Source of the DNA: Azolla caroliniana
Taxonomy: Eukaryota; Plantae; Polypodiophyta
Assembly: GCA_043228905.1 (NCBI GenBank)
Contig: JBHGNT010000022.1
Span: 9,052,001 to 9,116,000, forward strand
Length of the DNA stretch: 64,000 nucleotides
Reading direction: 5' to 3'
Part shown: positions 1 to 13,597 of the stretch, piece after piece
How the letters are laid out: each line of letters starts with the position of its first letter
Position numbering within the stretch: position 1 is the stretch's first letter
Notes under the pieces: model-generated
The model's database searches: none
The model's input: only the letters and a program-made list of their open reading frames with translations
Told to the model about the DNA's origin: nothing
Made by a program: the position numbers and the translations under genes

Positions 1-2210
1 AAGGACGGCAATGAGGGCCGGAAGCTGTGGCATGCCGTAGCTCAGTGGATAACATTGCTCGCGCCGCCGGTCGAGACCGTCCAGCCAAAGAAGCGGCCAA
101 GATTATCGGAAGGAAGCACCTCGAAACCCGCGTCCAAACGACAGCAGCTGCTGGCGTCGAAGGCAACGAAAGGGAAGAAACGGCTCCCAAAACCGGAGGA
201 GGTGTCACCGGTCCGACCCGTTAAGATAACCATACGGCGACCGGGACAGAAGGAACCGGAACCCTTGACGGCACAGATACATGCCGTTACCCAGGAAGAG
301 GAAACAGAGGAGCCAGTAGAGCACCTCCAACGACGGTCAAGAAGTAGGACCGCCGGGACAGCGGGGGAGCGTTCGTACCCGCAAAAGGAAGAAACACCCC
401 CAACTCAACCTGAGCAAACCACAAGGGAGGAACCGGAACCAGTGCGTATAGAACCAGCCTTGTCGACTTCTATACAAGAAGTCATTCCAACGGCTCCGGA
501 GACGGCGAGAACCGGAACTCAACAGCCGGCGAGCCCAGCCAGCACACACAGCGGCCAAGGAGTAGAACCAGAACGGCAGATACAGGCACTCAGGCCAGAC
601 AATTCCACAGTGAACGAGCCGACCCGACCAGTACAGCAGCAAGGCACCAGTAGCATGTGGCTACGGTGGGTAGGCGAGCAGATCGCCGGAGCGGTCGAGT
701 ACATAGAGGCGGAGGAGAGAGCGCACCACGAACGGTTGCTCGTCACAACCGTAGATCTAGAGACGGCCCGGTCCAGAATCCGGAGCCTTGAACAAGACTT
801 GGACAGGGTCACAAGGGAAATGACTCAATTGGCTTTGACAACACAAGTCCAAGCATCGGTGACTCCGGGCAATGTACAGAATAAAGCGTCAGATCAACCT
901 GTACATAGCAATCAGACCCCGGCAACGGAAACCGTTCCGGAGAGAAATGCGGCACAAGCCCAAGAGCTTGCGGACTTAAAGGATGAGCTAGCTGCCCAAG
1001 AAGCGCTGAGGAGCCGCGAAAGAGAGTTGAAGACGGCAGCGGAGGCAGAACTCAAAAAGACTGTTGAGAATCTACGCCGGGCCGAGGAGAGCTTACGAAA
1101 AGGCCACCAAGCGTACGACCGGCTCAAGGAGGAAAAGGAGAAAATGCTGCAAGAGAAGGACAGGCTCTGGAGAAACGCCGAAACAGAAGTAGAGCGCCTG
1201 AAAGAGGAACTCCGGCAGCTAAAGGACCGGGAGGACCGGAACCATCGCCAGATCAACGGCAAGCTCAAACAAAAAACGGAGGAATTTGAGCACTTGCACC
1301 GGGAGTATAAACGGTTGCAAACGGAGCACAAGGAACGGACGGATGAGCTCCGACAAGCAGTTGATCGGACCGCAACGGCATACGCTAATGAACAAGCGGA
1401 AACCAGAAGACGGTTGGAAGAGGCGGAGAAGGTTCGGACAGAGCTCCTCAGGCAACAGCATGCGGAAAGAGAAAGAGCGGCGGAGGTACTGCAGAGGCTG
1501 CAGACAACATATCAAGGGCAGCTGACGCGCTACAGAGAGCAGGCGGAGGATACGGCTAATCTCATCAAGCAGTTGAAGGAGGAACGACAAGTTGTGGAAA
1601 GTAGAGCGCAAATGGGAGCAAGTCACATCCAGGATATCATGCGGGCCTGGTTGAACCAGACCAAGAGCTTGATTGACAACGGTTCCGTCAAATGGTGGAC
1701 CAAGTGGGCCCCGAACGCGGCGGAACTCCAATTGCTCCGGGCCGACGTAGAGAACCGGCGGAAGGAGGGAGATGATTGCTATATGCTGACTTCCGAAGAC
1801 TTCACCGGCATAAGAGATGCGCTGGCCGAAGACTTTTAAGCCTTGGCAGAGGACCAACTAGGGCAAGTCCGGCAACTTGTAGCTCAGCTGGACGATGACA
1901 GGCTAGAGGCGCAGATCCAGTTTGAAAGCTACGAGAGGTCCCGGATCCGGGAAGAGAAAGCACGAGAACCAGTAACGGTCAACCTCAGTGATGAGGAACC
2001 GTTACTGGAAGGAGACCGGACCGGAAGCAGTCAAACGGGGATGCCGGAGTCAGAGAAACAAACGGAGCAGCCGCCTATAGAGCAGCCGGAGCAGTCTCAG
2101 TCCCAACCGCAACCGCAGCAGCAGTAGCAAGCACAGCCGCAACAATCACAACCGGAAGAACAATTGGAAACTCTGGAACAAAGTATTTTGGACAATTTGG
2201 GTGAACAATG
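1..2210 (+). pseudogene. Large coiled-coil ORF, probable accessory ORF at the 3' end of an LTR retrotransposon; two premature stops
   Basis: Frame is open from position 1 (KDGNEGRKLWHAVAQWI...) through ORF 55-1839. It continues in frame past TAA 1837-1839 and TAG 2125-2127 to TGA 2208-2210. Pro/Thr/Glu-rich linker then a long E/K/R heptad region; no introns; followed by LTR-like DNA. Confidence 0.55.
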
Positions 2211-2679
2211 AAGGGGCCGAGAAGGGTTCGACGTACAAGGTACTGTCCCACGGGCGTGCCATGTGTTACCGGCCGGCAAGAAGTCCAAAATACAGAGTGA
2301 AGGAATTAATTAAGTATGGTTGTAAATAAGCATAGTATGGACGGACGGACTGGAAACGGTATGCCGTTCCAGATCCGGACGGATCCCGAATAGGTGCAAT
2401 AGGCACCGTTTTGTACTATGGACCGGAAACCTATTTAAAGGCCCGGAGCCCATTGTAATCGCAACGGATAATTAATAGAGCGTATGGTGTTTATACTTCT
2501 GTGTTGATTTCCGTTCTGTAATTACTGTTATATCTTACGCGTGTAATTAACAAAAGCGCTCTAATCGTGTAACCTACGTAAGTCGGTGTAATCGTTGAGT
2601 CATAATCCTATGCCGTAATCACCCTTTGGTGAAGTGTCTCCGCGACACCTTGTGTTAGGCCTTGTCTGGTCAAAGAACA
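2211..2679 (+). repeat. Probable 3' LTR of the element carrying the coiled-coil ORF (start uncertain)
   Basis: TATA-like ctatttaaag at ~2431 and T-rich U5-like tract. Ends ...caaagaaca at 2679, where copia integrase sequence (KHMPNFYWAEA) begins abruptly. Confidence 0.45.
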
Positions 2680-4134
2680 ACAAGCACATGCCGAACTTCT
2701 ATTGGGCGGAAGCGGCATCCACGGCCGTCTATCTCATGAATCGATGCACCACAAATAGCGTGCACGAGCTTACTCCATATGAGATCTTCGTTGGAAGAAA
2801 ACCCATCCTCTCACACCTCAAGGTGTTCGAAAGCATTGCGAATGTACGCATCCCGAATGAAAGTCGAGAGAAGCCCGACGCGAAGTTGGAAGAATGTATC
2901 CTCATAGGATACTTGTCCATGAAAAAGGTGTACAAGTGCTTCAACCCTTCGACCCGAGCGGTGTGGATAAGTCGCGACGTCGTTTTCGATGAATCGGCAT
3001 CTTGGTATAAGCCCGATGCGACTCCATCCGACCCGATCGAGGAAGAGTTGAATGCCAACTCGGATGACGAAACTCGGCCAAGTCCTCCACCGAAGGACAA
3101 TCCAAGCTCTACCGAGCTAATTGGCCCACAAGAGCCTCCACGCAATGAAAAGACGTCGCGGCCAAGTCCGACACCAGACAAAGGCAAAGGTAAGATGCCC
3201 GAATACGAAGTCGAGGTCCACCCCGACGACCGTGATTCGGATGATTCGGCTTGCTCACTAGACAGTGAGTTCGGTGTACCCATCATGAGGACACCCGGAG
3301 TAAAGAAGGCGCTCACATCGACAAACGAGAAACTCCGCCGCTCATCACGAGCGAAGACCCAAGTCACTCGTTACGCCTACAACGAGTATATGGCCCATCA
3401 CTATGCCCTCGCGATGAAGGTAGTGGACGAACAAGAGCCTGAGGATCCAAGCCTTCGTCACAGGCTTGAGGGGGACAACAAAGCCGCGGAGAACCGTGCA
3501 ACGAAGCCGCAAAGACGCGAAGAAAGCCACGCAACGCCATGCAACAAAGCTGCGGAGAGCCGCGCAATGAAGCCGCGAAGACGCGAAGAAAGCCACACAA
3601 CGCCGCGAAGAAAGCCGCAAGCCGCACCGATGCCGACGAAACTGAAGGAAGCTAAACCGGACGTTGGACACCTCACACTTGAGCTTGAGGGGGCGTGTTG
3701 AGATATCAAGCTCAACTAGTTTAATCTAGTTAGTCAACATATGTAACTTAGTAGTTACCTAGATCGAGTCTAGTTAATGTGTTGACCTTAAGCCTTTAAA
3801 TAGGACCTTGTACTTAAGTGGGATATTCTAGATCCTCCACTCCTTAGTACATTTAATGTAGGACTTACACATAAGTACCTATGTTCTACCCACACATGTG
3901 CACCTTTGCACATGGGTTGTATATATACCTCATTGTGGGTATTTTTGTAGGTTAATGACACTTTTCAATATAGTCAATCATCCCCCATTTATCTTTGTGT
4001 TCAAGTGTAACTTCCTCTCTCTCTCTCTTCCTCTCACACACTCTCACGCGCATATCATACTAATCTTCCGCTACTTAACGTAACCATATAATTAGTCTCT
4101 AATTAACCCTAGTTAATTACCTAATTACTTAACA
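2680..4134 (+). mobile_element. Ty1/copia element A, 3' part: integrase C-terminus, RT/RNase H deleted, PPT, 3' LTR (3696-~4134)
   Basis: ORF 2634-3701 has YWAEAASTAVYLMNR...KLEECILIGY...SRDVVFDE, then jumps from EQEPE straight to the post-RNase H region. PPT gagggggcg then TGTTGAG at 3696. LTR end is 4134 or 4150. Confidence 0.8.
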
Positions 4135-4150
4135 AGGCTCCACGTCAACA

Positions 4151-4542
4151 TGTTAGGTATTTAATAATCAATAGAATGTACCTATTGCCCAAGTTAGAGG
4201 TGGGAAAATGATCCATAATGTCCCAACCGACGACCACCGACGAGTTCAAAAGGTTTAGAAACTAAAATAGATGTAAATTGGCCACATTGTTGGATTTGTG
4301 GTTTGAGATGCTAGCAAGTCGTGCACTGTTGTAGCTAATATGATACCACTTTTCTCATGTAAAGTGGCCAATAATATCGGAGTTGGAAGATCTATAATAA
4401 AGTCTAAGGAAATAGAATACCATGGCTTGCTCATAATTGGTAATGGTTGTAATAATCCATAAGGATGGCGTCAAGGCATATTTGCTTTGCAAAATGTGTC
4501 ATACGTGTGAACATAATCTTCCACAAATTTTCTTAAATGCGT
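4151..4542 (-). pseudogene. Old Ty3/gypsy integrase fragments (host site of element B)
   Basis: Manual minus-strand translation gives HPYGLLQPLPIMSKPWYSISLDFIIDLP (~4520-4380) and a second fragment KPFELVG..WDIMDHFPTSNLGNRYILLII (~4260-4160). Confidence 0.65.
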
Positions 4543-7238
4543 TGTAAAGAATCGGGTATGATTCTTGTGTAGCGGAAGAGATGTATGTTATGTGTGAGAG
4601 AGAAGAGAGAAGAGAAGAGAAACACAAGATAGATAAGCAAGAGAAATGAAATACTCAAGAAGAAGAAGAAGATGTATATACTCACAAGTAGAATATAAAA
4701 TACAAAATGTAGCATTACAAGGAGTCATAACCGACTTAATATGAAGTATGAGGAGGGTGCTTTATATATAGTCACCCTCTCTCTTCATTAACTAACTACA
4801 ACAACCACTCTCTCTTGTGGAGTGTGAAGACTCATAGTCATGGGGAATATGTAACTCATTAGTTATGTGTCATCGAATGTGATTCTATGACACATAGTTA
4901 ATGTGTAGAGACTAGTGGTGTGACTCTTGACCTTTGAGTAATCATAGATTCTCAAAAGGCGTGTTCACACGTTGCACTATGTTGAGCTTGATTCTCAACA
5001 TGCCCCCTCAACCTCAACTTGGGTCAGTTCCTTTTGATTGATGTCCGCTTCGGCTAGTATCCGGTTCAGATGATCTCTGGTGTCTGTTTCGGCTTGTACC
5101 CTGTTCAGACAGTATCCGGTTCTCGCTTGTACTCCCCCTCAAGCTTGGCAAGTCAAGGATCATCAATCCAAGGTTTGACATGAATTGCTGAAGCTTGTCG
5201 GTTGTCTGAAGATTCGTGTTGATGTGTAGAAGATCGACATCTCCGGCCTGAAGACACTCTCAAATGAAGTGGTAGTGCACTTCGATATGCTTTGTGTGTG
5301 CATGGAACACCGGGTTCCGAGCCAGACATATACAGTCTGCTCATGTTGTCGCAGTAAATGGGCGTTGGACCCTTGATGGGAACGCCTAGATCCTTCAAAA
5401 TCCTCTTGAGCCATATGGCTTCGCATGCAGCTACGGTTGCGCCCCTGTATTCGACCTCCGTACTCAAAAGAGCTAAGGTTGGTTGCTTCTTGCTACTCCA
5501 TGAAATTGCTCCGCTGCCAAGGGAGAAGACAAAACCAGAGGTTGATCGTCGATCGGCTTTGTAGCCAACCCAGTCAGCATCCGTGTACCCTTCGAGTCGA
5601 ATTGGTGTGGCCGATGTGTAAAGGATGCCGTAATCCATTGTGCTGCTCACGTATCGTAATACTCGCTTAGCGCAATCGAAATGGATACCTCGCGGAGTTT
5701 GCATGAATTGGCTAAGGAGGCCGGCCGGATAGTTGAGGTCGGGTCGCGTGATCGTGAGATGGATGAGGCTCCCAATCAGTTGTCGATATTGAGTCGGCTC
5801 ACAATCGTCTGTGCCGGAGTCGGCATCTAGTTTGAGGTTTCGATTGAGAGGGGTTGACATAGATTTGCACTCGGTCATCCTGAACTTGTATAATAAGTTG
5901 AGAATGTAGAGCCGTTGAGATATCATAATGCCGGTCGGAATCCAAATTATGACGATGCCTAGGAAGTAATGAAGTTCCTTCATGTCCGTCATCTCAAATT
6001 TGTTGGAGAGGAGGGATTTCACCTTGTTGATGTCGAGTAAACTTTCTCCTCCAAAGACCAGTTCATCCACGTATAGGATGATGACAATCAAGCTTCTAGA
6101 GTCGTTTTGTACGTAGAGGGAGTTGTCGGATTTCGACATTCGAAAGCCGATTTGATGAAGATATTGCGTAATCTTCAAATGCCAAGTACGCGGTTCTTGG
6201 TTGAGGCCGTACAGAGGCTTCTTGAGTTGGCATACGACTTTCAGATGAATGTTTGATTTGAAGCCTCTCCTCTTCTAATTCGCCTTGAAAAAAGGTGTTC
6301 TTGATGTCCATTTGGTGGAGGTGCCACCCTTTCATTGCTGCGAGTGCGATCACGGTTCACACAATCGTCATCTTTGCCACCGAGGAAAATGTCTCTTCGT
6401 AGTCGACTCCATACGTCTATGTGTATCCTTTTGCTACGAGTCGAGTGTTGTAGCGGTTTACGGAGCCGTCAACATTATACTTTACCTTGTAGATCCATCT
6501 ACAGCTGATTGCCTTCTTGTGCGGTGAGTGGGGGACAAGATCCCATGTCTTATTTTTGGAGAGTGCTCGCATCTCCTCATTCATCGCTTCAACCCATCTG
6601 GGGTCCTTCGCGGCTTTGGAAAACGTTTCCGGCTCCCGTACTGTCTCCACCTTCATCATAAAGGCGTAGTGGTACACCATATAATCGTTGTAGCTGAATC
6701 AGCTTACGGGGTTCTTTTCACGGGTGGATCGGCGTAGCTTCTCGTTCGCAGAGACTAATGCTTTCTTCATTCCATTTGTCTGGATGTCGAGGCCTTCGAA
6801 CTCACTATCGAGGGAGTGAGTCGATTCGTTGCCGTTGAAATTATCGTCTTCATATTTCGGCATTTTCACCTTCCCTTTGTCTAGCTTCAGACTCGGCTGA
6901 TATGTGCTTTGATCGCTCGAAGGTTCTTGTGGCCCACTAAGCCTTGTCGTAATCGGGCTTTCTTTGAATATGCGCGTGAGCCGATCTCCAGCTTCTATCT
7001 CTATTTCGGCGGATTCTGGGTCGAGCGGAATCAGAGTCGAAGTTGTCTCTAGTGCATACCAAGATGCGGACTCGTCGAAAAAGACGTCTCGACTTACTCG
7101 AGATTTTCGAGTTGGTGAGTATCCTACGGGGATACATTTCTCCAACTTTGGGTCGAGCTTTTGTCGCTTCTCGTTGGGGATGTGCACGTACACAATGGAG
7201 CTGAATATCCGAACATGTGATAGGTCCGACTTCTTTCC
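4543..7238 (-). mobile_element. Ty1/copia element B, 3' half (INT C-term, RT, RNase H, PPT, 3' LTR 4543-5000); 5' half missing
   Basis: Minus ORFs with LYVDE(D) RT motif and GYTDADW...RRSTSG...SKKQ RNase H. PPT at 5001-5015. LTR TGTTGAG...CTTTACA of the same family as C. Interrupted at 7238 by C. Confidence 0.9.
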
Positions 7239-7698
7239 TGTTGAGAATCAAGCTCAACATAGCACAACGTGTGAACACACCTTTTGAGAATCTATGATTA
7301 CTCAAAGGTCAAGAGTCACACCACTAGTCTCTACACATTAACTATGTGTCATAGAATCATATTCTATGACACATAACTAATGAGTTACATATTCCCCATG
7401 ACTATGAGTCTTCACATTCCCCAAGAGAGAGAGTGGTGGTTGTAGTTAGTTAATGAAGAGAGAGGGTGACTATATATAAAGCACCCTCCTCACACTTCAT
7501 ACTAATTTGGTTGTGACTCCTTGTAATGCTACATTTTCATTTATCATATTCTCCTTGTTAATATACATCTCCTTCTTCTTGAGTACTTCATTTTTGTCTC
7601 TTATCCATCTTGTGTTTCTCTCCTCTCGTCTTTCCTCTCACACATACACATAACACACATCTCTTCCGCTACACAAAAATCACCATTGATTCTTTACA

Positions 7699-7710
7699 TG
7701 GTATCAGAGC
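7699..7710 (+). promoter_or_regulatory. Primer-binding site (tRNA-iMet) of C
   Basis: TGGTATCAGAGC immediately after LTR end ...CTTTACA. Confidence 0.9.
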
Positions 7711-8092
7711 GATTTGGTAGTTCGATCTAGCCCACTTGCCTCATCGTGATCATGTGTTGTGCTCTACGCCGATGTTCAAGAAGAACCGGCCCATCGCTAT
7801 CATAGTGCGACTACATAGCTCGTGTTAGAGAGAGAAGGAAAAGAAAAGAAGGAAGAAATCTACATCAACAATGAATACTCAAATGGGGAGCGCTCTCCCT
7901 AGCGGGAAGTTGGATCGCAACAACTTTGCATCTTGGGAGTACAAGATGCACCAATACCTTGTCGGCCAAGGCTATTGGAGCTACATCAAAGGAGCACAAG
8001 AAAATCGGCCCAACCCGGAAGACGCCGACTATGCAACGTGGGAGCAAGCGGCAAGCCGAGTGATGTATTGCTTGACGACATGTGTTCACAAA

Positions 8093-11000
8093 TGTTAGGA
8101 TTTTGGTCCCTCCGGATGGGATATGAGTACCCAGCAAGGAAGACCCGGTGAGAACCGGATGACGCAGGCCCGGTGAGAACCTCTCATCGGATGAAGGGAC
8201 ATATATGTAAATATGTTTATGTTAACCCATTATGGCTATATTTGTAAATAGCCCGAAAGTCATATTAGTATAAATATGACCTAGGGCAAATAGAGGTATT
8301 GTTGTTGCAGATCATTGTGGTGTAACTACTGAGGTTGTTGCCTCTGTGACTTATTGCTGTTGTATTCTTCTTACATAGTGATAGTTTGGAGTTTGTGGGC
8401 TCCCATGGTTTTTTCCCATTTAGGGTTTTTCCACGAAAACATACGGTGTACTTTCTCTTGCTCTATTGTTTGAGTGTATACGTGTATTTCTCCCTATTCC
8501 CATCTTTCTGTGGTTGATCCTAAGACTCGGTTGTGGCCGAGCAATATTCCACACATTCTGTCAATCTGGTATCAACGCGAAATGACATAGAAAATGGAAG
8601 ATTCATTTGGCGGCATGCTTAAGCTCACCGGCTCCAACTACTCAGTGTGGGAGTCGAAGATGAGGGACATGCTCGTGGTTAAAGATCTTTGGTTGCCGGT
8701 TCAGTTCGGGGACAAGAGACCAGACAAGATGAATGCCACGATATGGGAGGTGATGCACATGAAGACAACGGCGTACATACAGTGCTTCATCGACAGGAGC
8801 CTGTACAACAACTTCAATGAAGAGAGCAAGACTCATGAGCTCTGGGAGAAGATCGACATTATGTTTCAGAACAAAAATGTTGTTAATCGGGATTCGGTAT
8901 TCAGGAAGCTAGTAAGACTCCGATACCAAGATGGCTCCAGTATGGCGGAGCACATGAATGCCTTCCAGGCGTTGATACACCAGGCAACATCGTTGGAAGT
9001 ACCTCTCGCCGATGAGGTACTAGCATTACTCCTGCTCGGTTCCCTCACAGATAGATGGGAGACGTTATTTGTCACTTTGGGCAATGCCGGGCCGGAAGGA
9101 AAACAACTATCCCTAGCAAGAGTCAAGTCGAGCTTGCTAGATGAGGAGACGCGTCGGAAAGACAAGGAGGTGATCTCCGACTCCAAAGCGCTCCTTACTG
9201 AATCGAAACGTGGAAGACAAAGAAACCAGAGTCCCAAGAACAGGGAAAAGTCGGGGACACGGTCAAAGTCAAGAGGGAGGCCTACTTGCTTCTATTGCGG
9301 CAAGCCGGGACACTTCTAGAAGAATTGACGGCATTTCTGGAAAGACAAGGAAACCGACAGTACCGATTCGAAGCGGTCACTGGACCAGAACAGTAAAGAC
9401 TGGAGGCGACCAGACCGGAAGGGAACGACGACAATCGCGGCAAGTGAAGAAGAGTTGATGCTCATCACCGAGGAGAGTGAGTTGAACCTTGCCGGCAACG
9501 AGACAATGTGGGTTGTCGATTCCGGAGCGTCGTTCCACCTGACCCCAGACTAGAAATGCTTCTCATCCTACACATCCAATGAGCACGACTGTGTTCGGAT
9601 GGGGAATGAAGGTACATGCTTTATTGTTGGCATAGGAGACGTGTGGTTGACAACACCAACCGGATGCAAGCTGCTGCTGAAGGATGTTCGACACGTTCCG
9701 GAGGTTTGACTGAACCTAATATCAGCCGGTCGGCTAGACGGGTAGCATCCAGAACGGAGTCATGAAGTTCAGCAAAGGGAGACTAATAGTGGCTTGGGCC
9801 TGGAAAGTCAACACGCTGTACCTAATGAATGCCCGGTTATGCTGGGAAGAACTGAACGTTGCATTCGACACTGCCGGTGAGCTATGGCACAAGAGACTGT
9901 GTCACATGAGTGAGAAGGGGATGAAGAGGCTTGCCGATGACAACCTCATTCCGGTGAAAGACGTGCATCTTGAGAAGTGCACCAACTGCCTGGCCGGTAA
10001 GCAAAGCCGGACCTCCTTCTGCTCAAGGCCACCGATGAGACGTAATGCACCACTGGAGCTAGTGCATACCGATGTGTGTCAAGTGGACACGAAGTCACAT
10101 GCCGGATCGCTGTACTTCGTGATGTTCATAGATGACCATAGCTGGAAGCTATGGATCTCGCCATTGAAGACAAAGGATCAAGTGTTATCCATCTTCAAGG
10201 AGCTCCACGCAAGAGTGGAAAGAGAAACCAACCGGAAGCTGAAGGCGGTTGGAGCAGATAACGGAGGAGAATACCGGGGGTAGTTTGAGGAGTATTGCCA
10301 CTCAAAGGGAATTCGGCTCAAATTTACCATGCCGAAGACACCGGAACTAAACGGGCTGGCCGAGAGGATGAACCGGACCATAATGGAGTGGGTCCGCAGT
10401 ATGCTAGCACATGCTAAGCTACCCAAGACGTTTTGGGCCGAGGTGTTGTCAACAACAACGTATGTGATAAACAGATCACCCTCAATGCCCTTGGACGGAG
10501 ACACGCCACAAAGAGTATGGACCGGTAAGGAAGTGTCTTATCAGTACCTGAAGGTGTTCGGGTGTCTCGCTTACATGTATGTGGCAAAGGACTGGAGAGC
10601 AAAGTTGGATCCAAAGACCCGGCCTTGCATATTCCTCGGATATGGCGATGATGAGTTCGGCTACCGAGTGTGGGACCCCGTCGACAAGAAGGTGTTCCAG
10701 AGTCGAGATATTATCTTCATGGAGGACAAGACTCTTGCTGACTGGGAGTCGGAGAAGAAGAAGATAATGAACTCCGAGTTGACCGGAAAGGACCGATTCG
10801 ATGAGATACGGACCTACCTGGCTAAGAGCCGGTTGACACTCGAAGAACCGGCCGGTTACGGAGAGGATACCGAACCGGAAGAAGAAGAAGAGGAAGTAGG
10901 AACCGGAACCATCCAAGATCCCGAATTGGATTCAGATGAAGACCAAATAGAGGAGTTGGTTGCCAGAAACCAAAGACGTAGATATCCTCTCAGAGAGTGA

Positions 11001-13597
11001 AGGGCCCCTCAGAGATTTCCGAATGCAGAGGGCGTGTTGCTAACTGACGAGGGGGAGCCGGAAAGCTTCGAAGAAGCAAAGGAGGACACCCATAGCCACA
11101 AGTGGTTGAGTGCCATGCAGGACGAGATGGATTCCCTACATGAGAACCACAAGTATGAACTAGTGGAGTTGCCGAAAGGAAAGCGGGCACTCTGGAGTAA
11201 GTGGGTGTACAAGTTGAAACTGGGAGATGCCGGAAACCCCCCAAAGTACAAAGCTAGGATCGTGGTGAAGGGGTTCTAGTAGAAGAAGGGAGTAGACTTC
11301 GACGAGATATTTGACCCGGTACTAAAGTTGACTTCCATCCGGATGGTGCTGAGCATAGCGGCAAGCATGAACCTCGAGGTAGAGCAGTTAGACGCGAAGA
11401 CGACGTTCCTCCACGGAGACCTTGAAGAGGAGATCTACATGCAACAACCGGAGGGATTTGTGAAGAAAGGGAAGGAGCACTTGGTTTGCCGGTTGAAGAA
11501 GGGCCTCTACGGTTTGAAGCAGGCTCCTCGGCAATGGTACCGGAAGTTCGACTCCTTCATGACGGATCAAGGATACCACAAGACGCAGGCCGATCACTGT
11601 GTGTTTGTGAAGAAGTTCGAAGGTGGAGACTTCCTGATACTCCTCCTGTATGTGGACAACATGGTTATCTTCGGAAGAGCCAAGTCAAGATATAGACGCT
11701 GAAGAAGGCTCTGAACCAGACCTTCTCAATGAAATACTTGGGTCCGGCAAGACAATGTTAGGAAATACGCGGAATAATCTCCGGCCACAACCGAAGTGTA
11801 GATCACTTGATGACAATCGAACACAGAAGAAATGGGAATGGAGGTAAGTACACGAACAGAAAAGAGAATACATAGGATGTTAACGTGGAAAACCCCTGAG
11901 AGGGAAAGACCACGGGAGTCCACAGACTCCAAACTATCACTATGCCAATGATTACAACAGGGAGCACAGAGGCAACGACCTCTTGCTCACGATCTTCGCA
12001 TGGCAGCGGTTACAATAGAGACATGCTTTGAATCGCTCTCTCTCTCTCTCTCTATGTAGTCGTTACACCAAAATTACCCTATATGAAGATAATAACACCA
12101 ACAATACAAACATTGTTTGCCCTAGGCCACATTTATACTAATATGACATTATGACTATTTACAGATATAGCTCCAATGGGCTCTCAGAAACATATCTACA
12201 TATATGTCCCTTCATCCGGTGAGAGGTTCTCACCGGGCCTGCAACATCTGGTTCTCACCGGGTCTTCCGATGTCGGGCTTGCACCATCCGGTTCTCACTG
12301 GGTCTTCCTTGTCGGGTACTCGTCATCTGGTTCTCACCGGGTCTTCCGATGCCGGGCCTGCAACATCTGGTTCTCACTAGGTCTTCCTTGCGAGGTACTC
12401 GTCATCCGGTTCTCATCGGGTCTTCTGATGCCGGGCTTGCGTATCCCATCTGGAGGGACCGAGATCCTAACAAACAGATACTCGGGATGCATATCATCCG
12501 GGACTGGTCAAAGAAGCAATTGTGGTTGTCACAGGAGAAGTACGTGACAAAGGAGCTTCAACAGTTCAACATGTCAGATGCGAAACCGGTCGGATCGACA
12601 CTCCCGACAAACTGCAGGTTATCCGGTAAGCAAAGCCCGAAGATGAAGGCGGAGAAGGCGGATATGATGAAGATACCATATGCCTTTGCCGTCGGGAGCT
12701 TAATGTACGCAATGGTGTGTACCCGACCAGATATCGGATACACATTCGTAGTGGTGAGCCAGTTTATGAGCAATCCCGACAAGGAGCACTGGAATGCGGT
12801 AAAATGGATACTCCGATACTTGAAAGGCACCTCAAGTATGTGTCTTCGATTCGGCTCCGGTAAACCCCAACTTGACGGTTTCACCGACTCAGATATGTCG
12901 ACTGATGCGGATACCAGCCGGTTAACGTTGGTTTATGTTATGACATATGCCGGGGGAGCTGTTTCGTGGCAATCGAGGCTACAGAAGACGATTGCGTTGT
13001 CAACCACAGAGGTGGAGTACATGGTAGCTGTGGAAGCTAGCAAGGAAATATTATGGATGAAGGACTTCATCGAAGAGCTAGGGATCCGTTAAGAGGAATA
13101 CCAGCTCTATTGTGATAGTCAGAGTGCCATCCACCTTGCAAAAAACGCGGCCTACCATTCCCGGACGAAGCACATCCAACGTAGGTACCACTGGATCCGG
13201 GAGCGAGTAGAAGATCGAGAGTTCGTGCTGACGAAAATCCACACAGAGGAGAACCGGTCAGATATGCTGACCAAAGTGCTAACACCTAACAAGCTAGATG
13301 CATGCAGGAAGAGGATTGGATTGACGAGGCATCCCATGCCGGAGTGAAGGGGGAGTTTGTTAGGATTTCGGTCCCTCCGGATGGGATATGAGTACCCGGC
13401 CAGGAAGACCAGGTGAGAACTAGATAATTTGTACTCGACAAGGAAGACCCAGTGAGAACCGGATGACGCAGGCCCGGTGAGAACCTCTCACCGGATGAAG
13501 GGACATATATCTAAATATGTTTTTGTTAGCCCATTGTGGCTATATTTGTAAATAGCCCGAAAGTCATATTAGTATAAATATGACTTAGGGCAAATAG
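8093..13597 (+). mobile_element. Ty1/copia element D (Tnt1/Tork-like), degenerate gag-pol, inserted in C gag; 3' LTR truncated
   Basis: 5' LTR 8093-8563 (TGTTAGG...TGTCA), PBS tggtatca at 8567, gag 8594 with CFYCGKPGH zinc knuckle, PR VVDSGAS, INT, RT LYVDN, RH. PPT gaagggggag; 3' LTR from 13358, cut at ~13597. Confidence 0.9.
11756..12472 (-). repeat. Copia solo LTR related to the D family, inserted antisense in D reverse transcriptase
   Basis: TGTTAGG...CCTAACA termini. Reverse complement begins tgttaggatctcggtccctccagatggg like the D LTR. Flanks gacaa/aacag; the RT reading GPA-KQILG is split around it. Confidence 0.8.

Noticed and set aside
55-1839. Envelope gene or host myosin/SMC-like gene
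   Set aside because: No signal peptide or transmembrane segment visible, no introns, in-frame stops, TE context; coiled-coil similarity is non-specific.
12215-12445. CRISPR-like repeat arrays (also 31632-31748, 54295-54600)
   Set aside because: Degenerate tandem repeats without unique spacers, in eukaryotic TE context, with no cas genes.
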